DNA of 64,000 nt from Octopus sinensis (lineage: Eukaryota): assembly GCF_006345805.1 (NCBI RefSeq), contig NC_042997.1, positions 30,938,001-31,002,000 on the forward strand. Direction: 5' to 3'. A model generated the notes under the pieces. That model ran no database searches. It was given only the letters and a program-made list of their open reading frames with translations, and was not told the DNA's origin. Both the position numbers and the translations under genes were made by a program. This document shows, piece by piece, positions 1 through 12,864 of this stretch (position 1 is its first letter; the number at the start of each line of letters is the position of its first letter).

Positions 1-320
1 GACACGTAAAAAGCACCGTCCAAACGTGGCTGATACCAGCGCCGCCTGACTGGCATCTGTGTCGGTGACATATAAAAAGCACCAACCGATCGTGGCCGTT
101 TGCCAGCCTCCTCTGGTCCCTGTGCCGGTGGCATGTAAAAAGTTCCCACTACACTCTTGGAGTGGTTGGCGTTAAGAAGGGCATCCAGCTGTAGGAAAAG
201 CCTGCTAGATCAGACTGGAGCCTGGTGCAGCCTCCTGGCTTCCCAGACCCCGGTCGAACCGTCCAACCCATGCTAGCATGGAAAATGGACGTTAAACGAT
301 GATTATGATGATGATGATGA
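1..320 (+). mobile_element. Family C copy (RTE-type 3' end with internal tandem units and (GAT)n tail)
   Basis: Shares ggttggcgtt(a)..gaagggcatccagctgtag...catgctagcatggaaaa.ggacgttaaacgatgat with many copies in the window. Confidence 0.8.
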
Positions 321-647
321 AGTATGTGCTTAGGGCATTCAAGGAAGTGGGGCACCACAAAAATGGTAAATGATTTATGACACCAAAGAAATCACTTTAA
401 ACTTGTCGAAATAATATTCTAAGTGATCAGAAATGTGATTTCAAAGTGTTCATGGTGTCACAGTGAGGATCTGATCAAAGACTTTGCTATAAAAAAATAT
501 AAAAAATAAAAAAATTGGAGAAATCTTTTCAAATATAAAGTGGAAGTATACAAAAGTAAACATTATTTTCCATCTCACTATTAGTTTGGTTTCATTTTAA
601 AAGCTAGAGGTTTATTTTATGGTTTATTATTGTTTATATTTTGATTG

Positions 648-921
648 CCAGTGCCACCTAGACTGGCTTCCGTGCCGGTGACACGTAAAATGTACCAATC
701 CGTTCATGGCCATTGCTAGCCTCGCCTGGCACCTGTGCCGGTGGCACGTAAAAAGCACCCACTACACTCACGGAGTGGTTGGCGTTAGGAAGGGCATCCA
801 GCTGTAGAAACACTGCCAGATCAGACTGGGCCTGGTGCAGCCTTCTAGCTTCCCAGATCCCCGGTCGAACCGTCCAACCCATGCTAGCATGGAGAACGGA
901 CGTTAGATGATGATGATGATG
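648..921 (+). mobile_element. Family C copy inserted in an older MITE
   Basis: Same consensus and (GAT)n tail as 1-320. Confidence 0.8.
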
Positions 922-1705
922 GGGGTACCAAAATCTTAGGGCCTCTATGGCTCTTAATCCATCTCTACTTTCAATAACTTTGTGGAATGAAATAAAGGTA
1001 ATCAAATTTTTCAACATAATTAAGCAAGTTCAAATATTATGCTATGTATTAAAAAACTTTAATTATGAGAGAATGAGACAATTGGGCACAGCTGTTTGGA
1101 TACTGGTAATTTGGCATGGCTGACTAGATGCTGAATATGTTTTAGTAACATTTTGGCATTGGAGGTAAATACAGATGCACATGTACATGAGCCAAACATG
1201 CTTCTCTCTCACTCGCTTTCTCTCTATCTCTTTTTCTTTTCCATGTTTCATTAATATTTCTCTGCTTCATAAAGTGAAACTGAAAGTTAAATGGAGTTTA
1301 GTAGTTGTGATTACAAGTTAGTTGTCAACTAGAATGAAAAGCAAAATTTTCACAGTGCCAAAAGGTCTTGTGGACAAAGTGTCTCATATTAAACAAGTCA
1401 GTATTGAATTGGCAATGTCATATGGGCTGCACCTAAATGACTTTGCCAAAATGCCTCCTACCCTAATTATGGAATGAAGCTGAAAACATAATTGATGTAT
1501 ATGCATCAAAATAGAAATAGATTTACCAAATGGGAAATTAATTACCACGGGACTCATTAATATTTTGGTAAAAACCATGGTTTCAGAAATAATCATAGCA
1601 TGAAACTAATTACTGTTATCATTATCGTTTGAGTGAAAGCTTGAGTAATAATGATAACACACATGTTAGAGAAGCTGGATACAGTGGAATGTGATGGAGG
1701 CTTTG

Positions 1706-1924
1706 CTCTTTTACTCTTTTACTTGTTTCAGTCATCTGACTGCGGCCATGCTGGAGCACCACCTTTAATCGAGCAACTCGACCCTGGGACTTATTCTTTT
1801 GTAAGCCCAGTACTTATTCTATTGGTCTCTTTTGCCGAACCGCTAAGTAACGGGGACATAAACACACCAGCATCGGTTGTCAAGCAATGCTAGGGCGACA
1901 AACACAGACACACAAACACACACA

Positions 1925-1982
<58 letters not shown>

Positions 1983-2161
1983 ATACACATACATATATAC
2001 GACGGGCTTCTTTCAGTTTCCGTCTACCAAATCCACTCACAAGGCTTTGGTCGGCCCGAGGCTATAGTAGAAGACACTTGCTCAAGATGCCACGCAGTGG
2101 GACTGAACCCGGGACCATGTGGTTGGTAAACAAGCTACTTACCACACAGCCACTCCTGCGC
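1706..2161 (-). mobile_element. tRNA-derived SINE family A with internal (TA)n(TG)n
   Basis: Head ggcgcaggagtggctgtgtgg (A box) ... ggttcagtccc (B box) and tail gtaaaagagtaaaagag; about 19 copies in the window. Confidence 0.9.
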
Positions 2162-3397
2162 TTTGTTAGTATTTAAAAGTTGTCTTCGTCATTTCGCCTT
2201 CTAGAATAAATAAAAGACCAATAAAACTATAAGCTATCATTTTAAAGGTTTTTAAAAATTAATGTTAGTTGCTATTTCTAGCAGGTTGAGCAACTATCAA
2301 TTGGGCCATAAAATATGTGTGGTTAAGAAGCTCAGAAGCTTACTTTGCAGCCATGCAGTTCTGGGTTCAGTCCCACTGCATGGCACCTTTGGCAAGTGTC
2401 TTCTGTTATAGCCCTGGGCTGACCAATGCCTTGTTAGTGAATTTGGTAGATGGAAACTGTGTGGAAGCATATCATGTATGTGTGTGTGTCGTTGTTTTTG
2501 TTTATACCCTCATAACTTAGCAGTTTGGCAAAAGGGATCTATAGATTACTGAAAAATAAGTACTGGAAATAATTTTTTCAACTAAACCCCTCAAAGTGGT
2601 GCCCCAGCATGGCCACAGTCCAATGACTGAAACACGTAAAAGGTAAAAGGCAAAACATATAAATCCTTAAAATCCTTTAAAATGTTTCAGCCCGAAGGCT
2701 GCGGCCATGCTGGGGCACCACCGCTGAACTTTTAAATTATTTATATGTGACTTTTAAATTATTTAAAATAAGATTATCTGCTTTGCTTAATCCTTAGTAA
2801 GATTTACTGTATCAATTGATGTTCCCCATTCAGTTTGTATGTACAGGTCAGAGGTGATATTAAATTACGAGCTCAAAGGTCTTGAGTTTAAATACACTGA
2901 AAGTGTCTTGTTTGTTTATATTTTGATTACTGTTGGCTAGTCCTAGATCAGTTCTAACCAAGCAGACCTATGGTATGCAGACAACTGGTTGAATGCTAAA
3001 CTGAACCACACAATCCAGTATCCCAGTTATCCTGTCTCAAGTTGACAGAATTTGTGTATTGGATAGACTGCTATCCAATTAGTTTTGAATCGTTTTGCTA
3101 GGAGTTCAAATCTTATCTAGGTCAACTTTACCTTTTTGTCCCTTTCAAGGTTCATCATCATTGTTTTAACATCCACTTTTCCAATGCTTGTACGGGTTGG
3201 ATGGAATATGTTGGGGTAAGTTTTCTACAGCTGAATGCTCTTCCTGTTACCAGCCTGTACTTGTTTCCTGTTTCCTTCCATGATCATCCAGTATTTTCTA
3301 TTTGTCAGATACAAGCTGCTTGTTAAATAGGTGCAGCAATGGCTGTTTGATTAAGAAGTTCACTCTGCAGCCATCTGGCTTAAGATTGAGTCCTGTT

Positions 3398-4214
3398 CAG
3401 GGTCAGACTAAGACCCCTAGAAGCCCTAAGCTCTTTAAAGATTTTGGTATCCCCATATATAAGTAATTTAGGGTGTCATCTAAGATGCACTTGTGCTGGT
3501 GCTATGTAAACACACCCATACAGGTGGAATTTAAAAAGCATCCAGCATACTCTGTAAAATGGTTAGCATCAGGAAGAGCCTCCAGTTGTAGAAACCATGT
3601 CACAACAGACCATTTGGAGTCTGGACAGCTTCCTGGTTGGGTAGCGCCTGTCAAGCTGTCCAACCCATACCAGCATGGAAAATGGACATTAAACTATTAG
3701 GTTGTCCCAAAAGTTCGTAAACACTTGCGAAAATTGAATTTTTACTCGCCAAGTACTAACAAAAACAACAAAAATTATTCCTCAAAATAAAGACCATTAT
3801 TTTCCAAGAGTTTCTACCAACTTTTGGGACAACTTTATATTATGGGGATAATGATGACGAAACAATAATAAACCATAAAATATATTTCTGTTTTTCAAAA
3901 TGAAACAAAGTTAACAGTGAGATGGAAAATAATGTTTATTTTTGTACACCTCCACTTTATTTATACTTGAAAAGTTTTCTCTTTTTCTTTTCTCTTTTTG
4001 ATTGCAAAGACTTTGATCAGATCCTCATTGTGACACCATGAACATTCGAGATTATATTTCTGATCATATAAACTACTTTGAATTTTAGTTTAGCAAGTTT
4101 AAAGTGATTTCTTTGGTGTCGTAAGCCATTTACCATTTCTGTGATGTTCCCCACACTTCCTTTGATGACCTAACCTAAATATATGCTTATTTTACTTAAT
4201 GGTTAATCCAGTGC
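3398..4214. mobile_element. Old hAT-like MITE carrying family C and mariner MITE insertions; inverted paralog at about 320-965
   Basis: 3860-4185 is the reverse complement of 325-640, and 3405-3455 of 920-960. Ends cagggtcagactaa / ttaatccagtgctg resemble degenerate TIRs. Confidence 0.5.
3697..3837. mobile_element. Mariner-derived MITE
   Basis: TIR core gttgtcccaaaagtt / aacttttgggacaac, with TA on both sides (3695-96, 3838-39). Confidence 0.85.
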
Positions 4215-4459
4215 TGGTCCTACTGCATGTTACATGGGTCAGGTCTTCTTCTATAGCCTCAGGCTGGCCAATCGTTTGTGAATGGATTTGACTGGCAGAA
4301 ACTGGACGTAGCTTGTCATATATAATCGTTGCAAAGACCTGTTGAAGCAAGTGAAATTGAAATCAAATTTGATGACTGGCATCCATGCTAGTGGAGTGCT
4401 AAGAGCACCACCCGAGCATGATCGTTGCCAGAGCAGCTAACTGGCTTCTGTGCCATATA

Positions 4460-5315
4460 TAGGACCTTCCAGCAGCCACCCTCTTGACCCAGAGCAACAC
4501 TACCTCTTTCAAGTACTTGATGTAGGCCTCTGTGTGGAGTCTGAAGCCATGTGGAAAGATGAATGAAGGCATAACATTGCCATCACTAGTGATCACTCCA
4601 AACACCATGATGTTGACTGGATGTTTGATTTTTATCACTCTTGGTACATGTTTTGGGGACACGGCAAGCCAACAGTTGTTCTGTGTGTTCACCATCTGAT
4701 CCTGGCAGAAACTTCTCTTGTCTGAGAAAAACCCAAAGCATATTCAGTTGGAGGGGATGCTTGAGCTTGTCCAAAAGCTTTGTAGCGTGGTCTTTCCTCT
4801 TGTCCTTGATGGCTTGGGATAAAAGTTGGCCCTTTCTCATCTTGTATGAGAAATACTGAATGTCTTCATGCATTACCTGCCTGATAAGAAACTCAGACGC
4901 TCCCATGTCCCTGGCGGTAGACCTGAGGAATTATTGTCAATCATGGCCTGGACATCACCAACAAATTCAGGAGCTCTTTTCTTATCAGAATGACCAAAGT
5001 GTATTTTCCGAGCTGCTGTACCTTTGTAATCACCATTAGACTCGTCCAACTCTTTCCAAATCCTCTGCACTGTCCTCGGATTGACACTCAAATACTCTGA
5101 AATGTTTGTATTGGAACTTCTGGCATGAATGCCAAGCAGTACAACATGTCATTTCCAAATTTCTGGCAAAGTGAATTGCATCATGGTGCTGTTTCTCCCA
5201 CAGATGGTGCCCAACTGACCCTACTATACTGAGCAGTTGACAAAATCAAAAACAAACAATGCAAATACGTGAAATTAAAAATATAAAATGGCAACAATTT
5301 ACCCATCGTACCCTA
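4460..5315 (-). mobile_element. Degenerate Tc1/mariner transposase remnant, maT/DD37D-like
   Basis: Frameshifted minus-strand peptides FSD(K..)FCQDQMVNTQN and MVFGVITSDGNVMPSFIFPHG...EAYIKYLKEVVLLWVKRVAAGRSYI; TIR-like end tagggtacgatgggtaaattgttgcc at about 5290-5315. Confidence 0.75.
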
Positions 5316-5943
5316 TATAAATGTGTATGATGTGTGTTTTTGTTCCTCTTTCATGACTGGCATTGCTTTGTTTATGTGTCTGTAATTTAGTTGTACAACA
5401 AAAATAGACTGATAGAATAAGAACTAGATTTAGAAAAAAGTACTGGTGTTGATTTGCTTCACTAAATCCTTCAAGATGGTGCCTCCACAAATATATTTTA
5501 TCCAACACTGCTTTGCTTTGTGTAACTATTTAATTTTAACTTGAACAACAAGCTTTACACACATCAGAAAATGTTTCATATGCTGTTCTGATATAATAAG
5601 AAAAATGAATTTGTTCTTATCAGGCTGTGAATAATAGATTTGGTGTTTATAGGTAACGATGTGAAAGACTGCAAGAATGCAGAAACGCATGTGTCCTACA
5701 ACCCAGTGCTACCATTCACAGACTAATGTGTTTTCAGACATGTCTTCTAGGAGGAGAATTTTTTGCCATGACTGTTTCCACAGTGGAAGATCTCTCTACA
5801 TTTAAGTGTCCTCAAGTGTGTTAAATACGACTTTATCCAAGTATATTTTATTCACTGTTGTTTTGTGTGACTTTATGTCTGTAGTGAGGAAAGGACAACA
5901 TTAACTGAATGGTTAATATTATTTTGAGGGTTTTTCTAAATAT

Positions 5944-6348
5944 ACTCTTTTACTTGTTTCAGTCATTTGACTGCGGCCATGCTGGAGCACCGCCTTTAGT
6001 CGAGCAAATCGACCCCAGGATTTATTCTTTGTAAGCCCAGTACTTATTCTATCGGTCTCTTTTGCCGAACCGCTAAGTGATGGGGACGTAAACACACCAG
6101 CATCGGTTGTCAAGCAATGCTAGGGGTACAAACACAGACACACAAACACATACACATACATACATATACATATATATATACATATATACGACAGGCTTCT
6201 TTCAGTTTCCGTCTACCAAATCCACTCACAAGGCATTGGTCAGCCCGGGGCTATAGCAGAAGACACTTTGCCCAAGATGCCACGCAGTGGGACTGAACCC
6301 GGAACCATGTGGTTGGTTAGCAAGCTACTTACCACACAGCCACTCATG
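5944..6348 (-). mobile_element. SINE family A
   Basis: Full-length match to the family A consensus. Confidence 0.9.
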
Positions 6349-6544
6349 CACCCTATGTGGAGTTTATATTCATAAATTCCAAACGTTTTAGTTTTATTAG
6401 ACCTTTTCAGTAAAGTCTTGTCTTTTCCTCACATGTTGATCTAGATGTAGCTATAGATTATTGTACATGAGTGAAAGTAGAAAATTTTCATAGTTAAAAA
6501 AACTAGGGGACGAACAAAGACACACACACACTAGCATACACATG

Positions 6545-6778
6545 TATTTCTTTATTGCCCACAGTGGGCTAAATACAGAGGGGACAAACAAGGACAGACA
6601 ATGGAATTAAGTTGATTACATCGACCCCAGTGCATAACTGGTACTTATTTAATAGACTCCAAAAGGATGAAAGGCAAAGTTGACCTTGGCAGAATTTGAA
6701 CTCAGAACATAACGGCTGACGAAATGCCACTAGGCATTTCACCTGGTGTGCTAACGATTCTGCCAGCTCGCTGCTCTA
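6545..6778 (-). mobile_element. tRNA-derived SINE family B (core gcctttcatcctt..ggggtcgataaattaagtaccag, MetaSINE-like)
   Basis: B box gagttcaaattc and conserved core; more than 15 copies in the window. MetaSINE assignment is from recalled similarity to the Sauria/Meta core. Confidence 0.85.
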
Positions 6779-6780
6779 AA

Positions 6781-7322
6781 TATGGTGGTTGTCTACTCCT
6801 TATACAGAGTCTGGTCACCTCTTGTACCAACAGCTTAGATCCATCATGGCATCTGATGTGGCTTTTTAAACCAGAAAATGTATTGAAAAGACACCCACAT
6901 AGATTCATATCTGATTTGGACCACCAAGAACTGCAGTTATGCCTTTGCTGCATTTTAAACATTAACTGGGACTTTTTTTTACTCCAGATAAAGATGTCTT
7001 TGTGTCTGCAGGCATCACTTTGATTAAATCAATGATTCTGAAAAACCAAAAGAGATGGCGTAGCCATATTGTTTGAATGGTAGATGAATGCACACCCAAA
7101 CAGCTGTTTTATGGGGAGCTTGCAGAGGGGGAATGCAATCGGTGTAAATCTAAAAAGAGGTTTAAGGACAGCATAAGGAATGCCATGAAGTTATTTGGAA
7201 TGGATCCGAAGGTCATAGAAACCCTTGCTTTGGATTGAGTTGGATGGTGAAGAAAAGTGTGGAGTGGAGTGAAAGCATTTGAGGAGACCAGGATAACACA
7301 TACAAGACATGAGAACAGCTGT
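6781..7322. mobile_element. RTE LINE remnant in two opposed segments (3' zinc-finger end on -, RT C-terminus on +)
   Basis: + strand 6915-7320: CILNINW...MILKNQKRWRSHI..M.DECTPKQLFYGELAEG...KKRFKDSIR. - strand 6785-6910: CGCLFNTFSGLKSHIRCH plus a 3' end resembling that at 56735-56760. Confidence 0.75.
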
Positions 7323-7550
7323 ATAACCCTTTCGTTACTGTATTTCTTTTGAGATGCTCTGCGTTTCTTTCAATTACTTTAAATATAACAGAGAATTTAG
7401 TAAAATAATGTAGTTATCTTTCAGCTAGTGTTAGGAACATAAATTGTGACTAAGGTTTGGTGGAAGATTTTAATTCAAAACTTATGAAAACAAGACATTT
7501 GTACTCAGAGCCAGAGCCGGTTTCAGCTGGGTTAGTAATGAAAGGGATAA
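7323..7550. mobile_element. piggyBac-like MITE
   Basis: TIR taaccctttcgttac / gtaatgaaagggata(a). Confidence 0.6.
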
Positions 7551-8330
7551 AGAAGTGCTGATCTGAAATTGTGGAGAGAACATGTTGAAGGGGAAGGCCC
7601 AGGAAGATGTGGGATGAAGTGGTGAGAAAGGTTCTTCAGATGCTGGGCCTCACTGAGGAAATGACAAGGGACTAGGACTAGTGGCAATTTGCTGTAGTTG
7701 AGCTGAGACATCAAGTTAAGTAAAATTACAGACATCCGTACATAGAGACATGTCCTTTATGGCTATGTCCCCACCCACTCTCCCACCTGAGAGGCTTTTG
7801 TCTTGCAGGTGCTGGTACCATGTAAAATGCATTCATGCTGGTGCTATGTAGGTGCACCCATGCCAGTGGCATGTAAAAAGTACCCAACACACTCTGTAAA
7901 GTAGTTGGTGTTAGGAAGGGCATCCAGTTGTTGAAAATATGTCAAAACAGACAATTGGAGCCAGGACAGCTCTTTGGCTGGTCAGCTCCTGTCAAACCAT
8001 CCAACCCATACCAGCATGGAAAATGTGGTGTATGCGGGAGATTTGAAATAAGGACTCCTACCTTCTCTTCGTCGACGGAGACCTCTCCAGTAGTAATGCA
8101 CCCTTCCTTCCACACGGCCCGACCCGAACGCTAGAAATAGCAGCTACTTTTCCCCTACCTTAACAAAGCGCTCACACGTCCAACTCAGTTGGCTACCTCG
8201 ATCGGAAAGGCCCAATGCTCCCCTGCTTCCGCTCGCGTCACTCCTGCCTCTTCCTTTTCCGGTCAGCTCCCCAGCTGCTGACGTCATCCCACAGAAAACA
8301 AATGTTAAACAATGATGATGGTGATGGTAA
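7551..8330 (+). mobile_element. 5'-truncated RTE LINE whose 3' UTR is family C; interrupted by a solo LTR
   Basis: RGRPRKMWDEVVRKVLQMLGLTEEMTRD*D*W (RTE C-terminal motif) runs directly into family C sequence and a (GAT)n-like tail. Confidence 0.75.
8024..8293. mobile_element. Solo LTR (270 bp)
   Basis: TGTGG...CCACA termini, 5-bp TSD GAAAA (8019-23, 8294-98), CpG-rich, inserted in a family C tail. Confidence 0.8.
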
Positions 8331-9582
8331 GCCCAACTAAAATTCTTCAAGGTGGTGCCTCAGAATGGTTGCAGTCTAATAACAGAAACAAGTAAAAGAT
8401 ATAGAAGGGAATATAGAAGGAGGCCTTTTGGGATTATGTTTGACAGCTATGAAGGGAAATCGGTTTAACTAGTTCCTGGAACACAGTTACGAGTTGTTTG
8501 TGTTTGGATTACTTTTGGGATTACAAGACATCACAAAGTAGTTTGACGCATCGTTCATCTTTGTGCTTAGTTGCTGTTGTTTAATTTCAGGTGAACCCTA
8601 AATAAGCAGGCTCTATGATCAAAGCGTCCCAGCTAAGAGCATCTTGTCTTTTTTTTCCAAGCATAGCTATAGAAACCATGCCAAAGCAGACCTCACTGGT
8701 GCTGGGTCCACGTAAAAAGCACCCAGTCCACTCTGTAAAGTGGCTGGCATTAGGAAGGACATCCAGTTGGAAAAACCATGCCAAAACAAACAGTGGAGCT
8801 TACCAGCTCCTGTCAAACTGTCCAACCCATGTTAGCATGAAAGACAGACCTTACATGATGATGATGATGATGTTGATGAGTGAATAGGATTTCATTATCC
8901 ATTCTAACATTTTATTTTTATCACAGAAAGATAAGTGAGATCTGGCTGCTATTTCTAACAGGTTGAGCAACCTCATACAGCATTGATTTTTTTTATTAAT
9001 GGCTTTAGTTGTGAATTGCCTGCTTTAGAAACACTATCTGTTAAAAAAAAAAAAACTTCAATGGAGATATGGAAAATCCAACAAGTCTTATACCACTGCA
9101 TTGGCATTTGTTTGACTTGGTTTTATTTTGTCAGCGAAAATATTTTGCTATGGGTGAGTGCAACCACGTCATAAATCCTGATAGAAATAGATTGATGACT
9201 AAGATTAGTCACATACGGAAACATGTATTTTATTGAATGCCTTGTGCGTATGAGTGATTAATATGAATGTTTCAAGGAAGAAATTTAAAGTAATAGTCAA
9301 ATTACTTTTATACTCAAATGGTGGAGAGTATAAAAATAGTTGGGGTTTTTTTCACCATTAGACTATAAAAATAGTTGGGTTTTTCTGTTTTCATGTGTAC
9401 AGAGCATGGCTGTGTGGTAACAAGTTTGCTTCTCAGCCACATGGTTTTGGGTTCAGTCCTATTGCGTGGCACCTCAGGCAGGTGTCTTCATCTATAACCC
9501 TTGGCTGACCAAAGTCTCATAAGTGGATTTGGTAGACAGAAACTGAAAAAAAAGCCTGTTATGTATTCTTTTGTTTGTATAT

Positions 9583-9990
9583 TACTCTTTTACTTGTTTC
9601 AGTCATTTGACTATGGCCATACTGGAGCACCACTTTTAGTCGAGTAAATCGACCCCAGGACTTATTCTTTGTAAGCCTAGTACTTATTCTATCAGTCTCT
9701 TTTGCCAAACCGCTAAGTTACGGGGACGTAAACACACCAGTATCGGTTGTCAAGCGATGTTGGAGGGACAAACACAGACACACAAACATACACATACACA
9801 CACACATATATATATATACACATATATGATGGGCCTCTTTCAGTTTCTGTCTACCAAATCCACTCACAAGGCTTTGGTTGGCCCGAGGCTATAGTAGAAG
9901 ACACTTGCCCAAGGTGCCACGCAGTGGGACTGAACCCGGAACCATGTGGTAGGTAAGCAAGCTACTTACCACACAGCCACTCCTGTGCCT
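9583..9990 (-). mobile_element. SINE family A (preceded by a partial + strand copy at 9405-9560)
   Basis: Consensus match. Confidence 0.85.
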
Positions 9991-10044
9991 GTATTGTTTA
10001 TTTTGTTTGTATATTTACATTTATGTTCACTCACTATTCCAAAC

Positions 10045-10280
10045 AGCTTTTTAGTTAGTTAGTTAAGTTAGTTAATTTTTTGGCTCAAAAAGCAAAAAGC
10101 AAGGCCATGTAGGGAGACATGGAGTTATGTACAGGGTGGTGTTCAGGCCACTTGTGGTCAAGGGAGACATGAACCGAGCGGTCGTCGGCATCTTCACCAT
10201 CTCGTCCGGCAGCTAATTCCACGGATCCGCAACCCGGATGGAGAAAGCCCCTCTCCTCCCTTTTTGCTGTTGATGTCACC
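10045..10280 (-). mobile_element. CR1/L2-type LINE 3' fragment
   Basis: Minus strand FSIRVADPWN*LPDEMVKMPTTARF..SLDHKW, followed by a (TAAC)n tail at 10052-10075. Confidence 0.7.
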
Positions 10281-10659
10281 AAAAATGATTTGTATTATTG
10301 TTAAAAGCATGAAGTTGTAATAACTTTTTGGATGATAACTGACGAGGAAAGAGCACATCCATTTCTTGTGTATGAGGAGTGGTTGTGTGGTAAGAAGCCT
10401 GGTTCTGGGTTCGTTCCCACTGCATGGCACCTTGGGCAAGTGTCTTCTATTATAACCTTGGGCTGACCAAAGCCTTATGAGTGGATTTGGTTGATGGAAA
10501 CTGAAAGAAGCCTGTCGTATATATATATGTATGTATATGTGTGTGTGTGTATTTATTTGTGTCTGTATTTGTCCCCTTTGTCCCCTTTGTAATCTGAATG
10601 CTGAAGGGTGAAAGAGCTGAAGCAAATGTTGCAAAGTAGTTTTTCTTTTCTACTCTAGG

Positions 10660-10860
10660 CACAAGGCCTGACATTTTGGGGGAGGGGACCAGTCGATTAG
10701 ATCGATCCCAGTACGCAACTGGTACTTAATTTATCGACCCCAAAATGATGAAAGGCAAAGTCAACCTCGGCGGAATTTGAACTCAGAACGCAAAAGACAG
10801 ACGAAATAGCAAAGTAGTTTCTCTGACAATCTAATGATTCTGCCTATCTACTGCTTCTGT
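10660..10860 (-). mobile_element. SINE family B
   Basis: Core and B box match. Confidence 0.75.
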
Positions 10861-11704
10861 GCCAATCCACCAATGACAGACCAAAGAACCAAAAAGGTCA
10901 ATGGTTATTGAATCACTACCAAGTTAACTGTATTGGTATTTCCTTTTTTAATTCTTATATTTCGGTATGGTCATTTTTTTCTTGCCAAATAAACACATAC
11001 ACTATATATTAATTCTTCACCTGTTTATTTTTGTTCTTACTAGCTGGCCCTGTGCCGTCAGAAATGACGGCTAATTGTAGTATTTTATATATAAATATGG
11101 ATGGTAAATCAAATTAATACACTTGTCAATGTTATCTAGTGGTTGTCTTTTGAGATGTGACATCGATCATCGTCTGTTATTGAAAGAACACTGGTTCACA
11201 CATACAAACATTCACATACTTCCCTTGTACATGCACACATATACAAGCATATACTCACACAGAGTTGAAACGCTGTTTGATTTTTCTTCTCAGTGTTAAA
11301 CGTTCACCATCCCACTTCCATTGCATACTCACATTCACATACTTCCCTTTTACATACACATATACTCAAAGTTGAAACACTCTCACTACCAATTTGCCAT
11401 CACCCCTTCCTCTTTCATTCTACTATAATAATACAAGAGTATTATTATAGTAGATTTTTATCTTACATCTATTGTCTGGAAATCTTTTGTCACATCTGTG
11501 ACCTCTTCAGTATCTCTTCCATCCCACATGTATCCTCCTGTTTTGTTTAATCCTGTTTGTCTTTCTATTTTTAATTCCATTAGTCCATATGTAAGGCATT
11601 GAAATAGGTGACCCATTAGTACATTGGACAACATATCTTGCAGTATTGAATCTGGACTCTATGTTTTGAGTTCAAATTATACAGAGATCAAATTATACAG
11701 AGAT

Positions 11705-11866
11705 AGGCGCAGGAGTGGCTGTGTGGTAAGTAGCTTGTTTACCAACCACATGGTTCCGGGTTCAGTCCCACTGCGTGGCATCTTGGGCAAGTGTCTTCTG
11801 CTATAGCCTCGGGCCGACCAATGCCTTGTGAGTGGATTTGGTAAACGAAAACTGAAAGAAGCTTGT

Positions 11867-11905
<39 letters not shown>

Positions 11906-12113
11906 TTGTGTCTGTGTTTGTCCCCCTAGCATTGCTTGACAACCGATGCTAGTGTGTTTATGTCCCCATTACTTAGCGGTTCGGCAAAAGAGACCGATAG
12001 AATAAGTACTGGGCTTGCAAAAGAATAAGTCCCGGGGTCGAGTTGCTCGACTAAAGGCGGTGCTCCAGCATGGCCCGCAGTCAAATGACTGAAACAAGTA
12101 AAAGAGTAAAGAG
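11705..12113 (+). mobile_element. SINE family A
   Basis: Full-length consensus match. Confidence 0.9.
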
Positions 12114-12864
12114 AGATCAGCTTTTCCTTTCAGAACTTAATCAGCTCTGACGGTATTAGGTTTCACACAATCTTCTTCTCTGTCTGTCTGTCTGTCTCTG
12201 TCTGTGTCTCTCTCTCTTGCATTGTCACCTGGTTTATATACACACAACACTGTACGTCACACCTGTGCCTCTACAACAGCATCCATCAGGGGTTGAGGAC
12301 CCCAGGGAAGTGTGTAACTGGTAACAATTACATAGATGATAGTGATGGAGACACTATGTACTCACTTGACATGCTAGAAATAGCGACCGAGTTGCCCTCA
12401 TGCCATTCCATACCATCTTCAAATATGGAGGCATTCTACCCATACAATGCCTGGAATGCTCTCCTCTCCAAAAGAGAAATGGTCTTTGATCCTTGGTTTG
12501 TTCTATTAGAACTGATCCTGGGGCTAAACTATAATAGCAACAATTTAATCTTTTTTCACAAAAGTGTTGACCTTTCTTGCCTGAAGAGGTCAGTAATCAT
12601 AAGTTGATGGCACAGACTACATTACACACACACACACACAAACACACTATACTACACACATACATGACACAGATACCTTATATGTACACATGATATGCAG
12701 ACACACTACATGCTCACATACATATACGATATACAAACTGACAGAGACGGGACAGAATGTAAAGCAGCCGATAAGAGTTACTTGTTTAAGAAGGTTCAAA
12801 TATTTTTATGGTGCATTTCAGGAGAATAAAAACTTTCATTGAATTAGCATTTTATTCAACCACT

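Noticed and set aside
1651-2176. Recurrent ORFs such as MTTDAGV..., MPKVPRSGTEPGTMWL... and ...DGLLSVSVYQIHSQGFG
   Set aside because: These are translations of SINE family A, repeated at many dispersed loci on both strands.
2848-2879. Possible micro-exon (SEVILNYELK) splicing to 5653
   Set aside because: The donor (gtcttg) is weak and the joined peptide is not recognisable; nothing supports it beyond frame compatibility.
320-4185. One giant 3.9-kb element with 300-bp TIRs
   Set aside because: The inverted matches are better explained as two separate copies of a small MITE, each with its own degenerate ends; the interior has no transposase.
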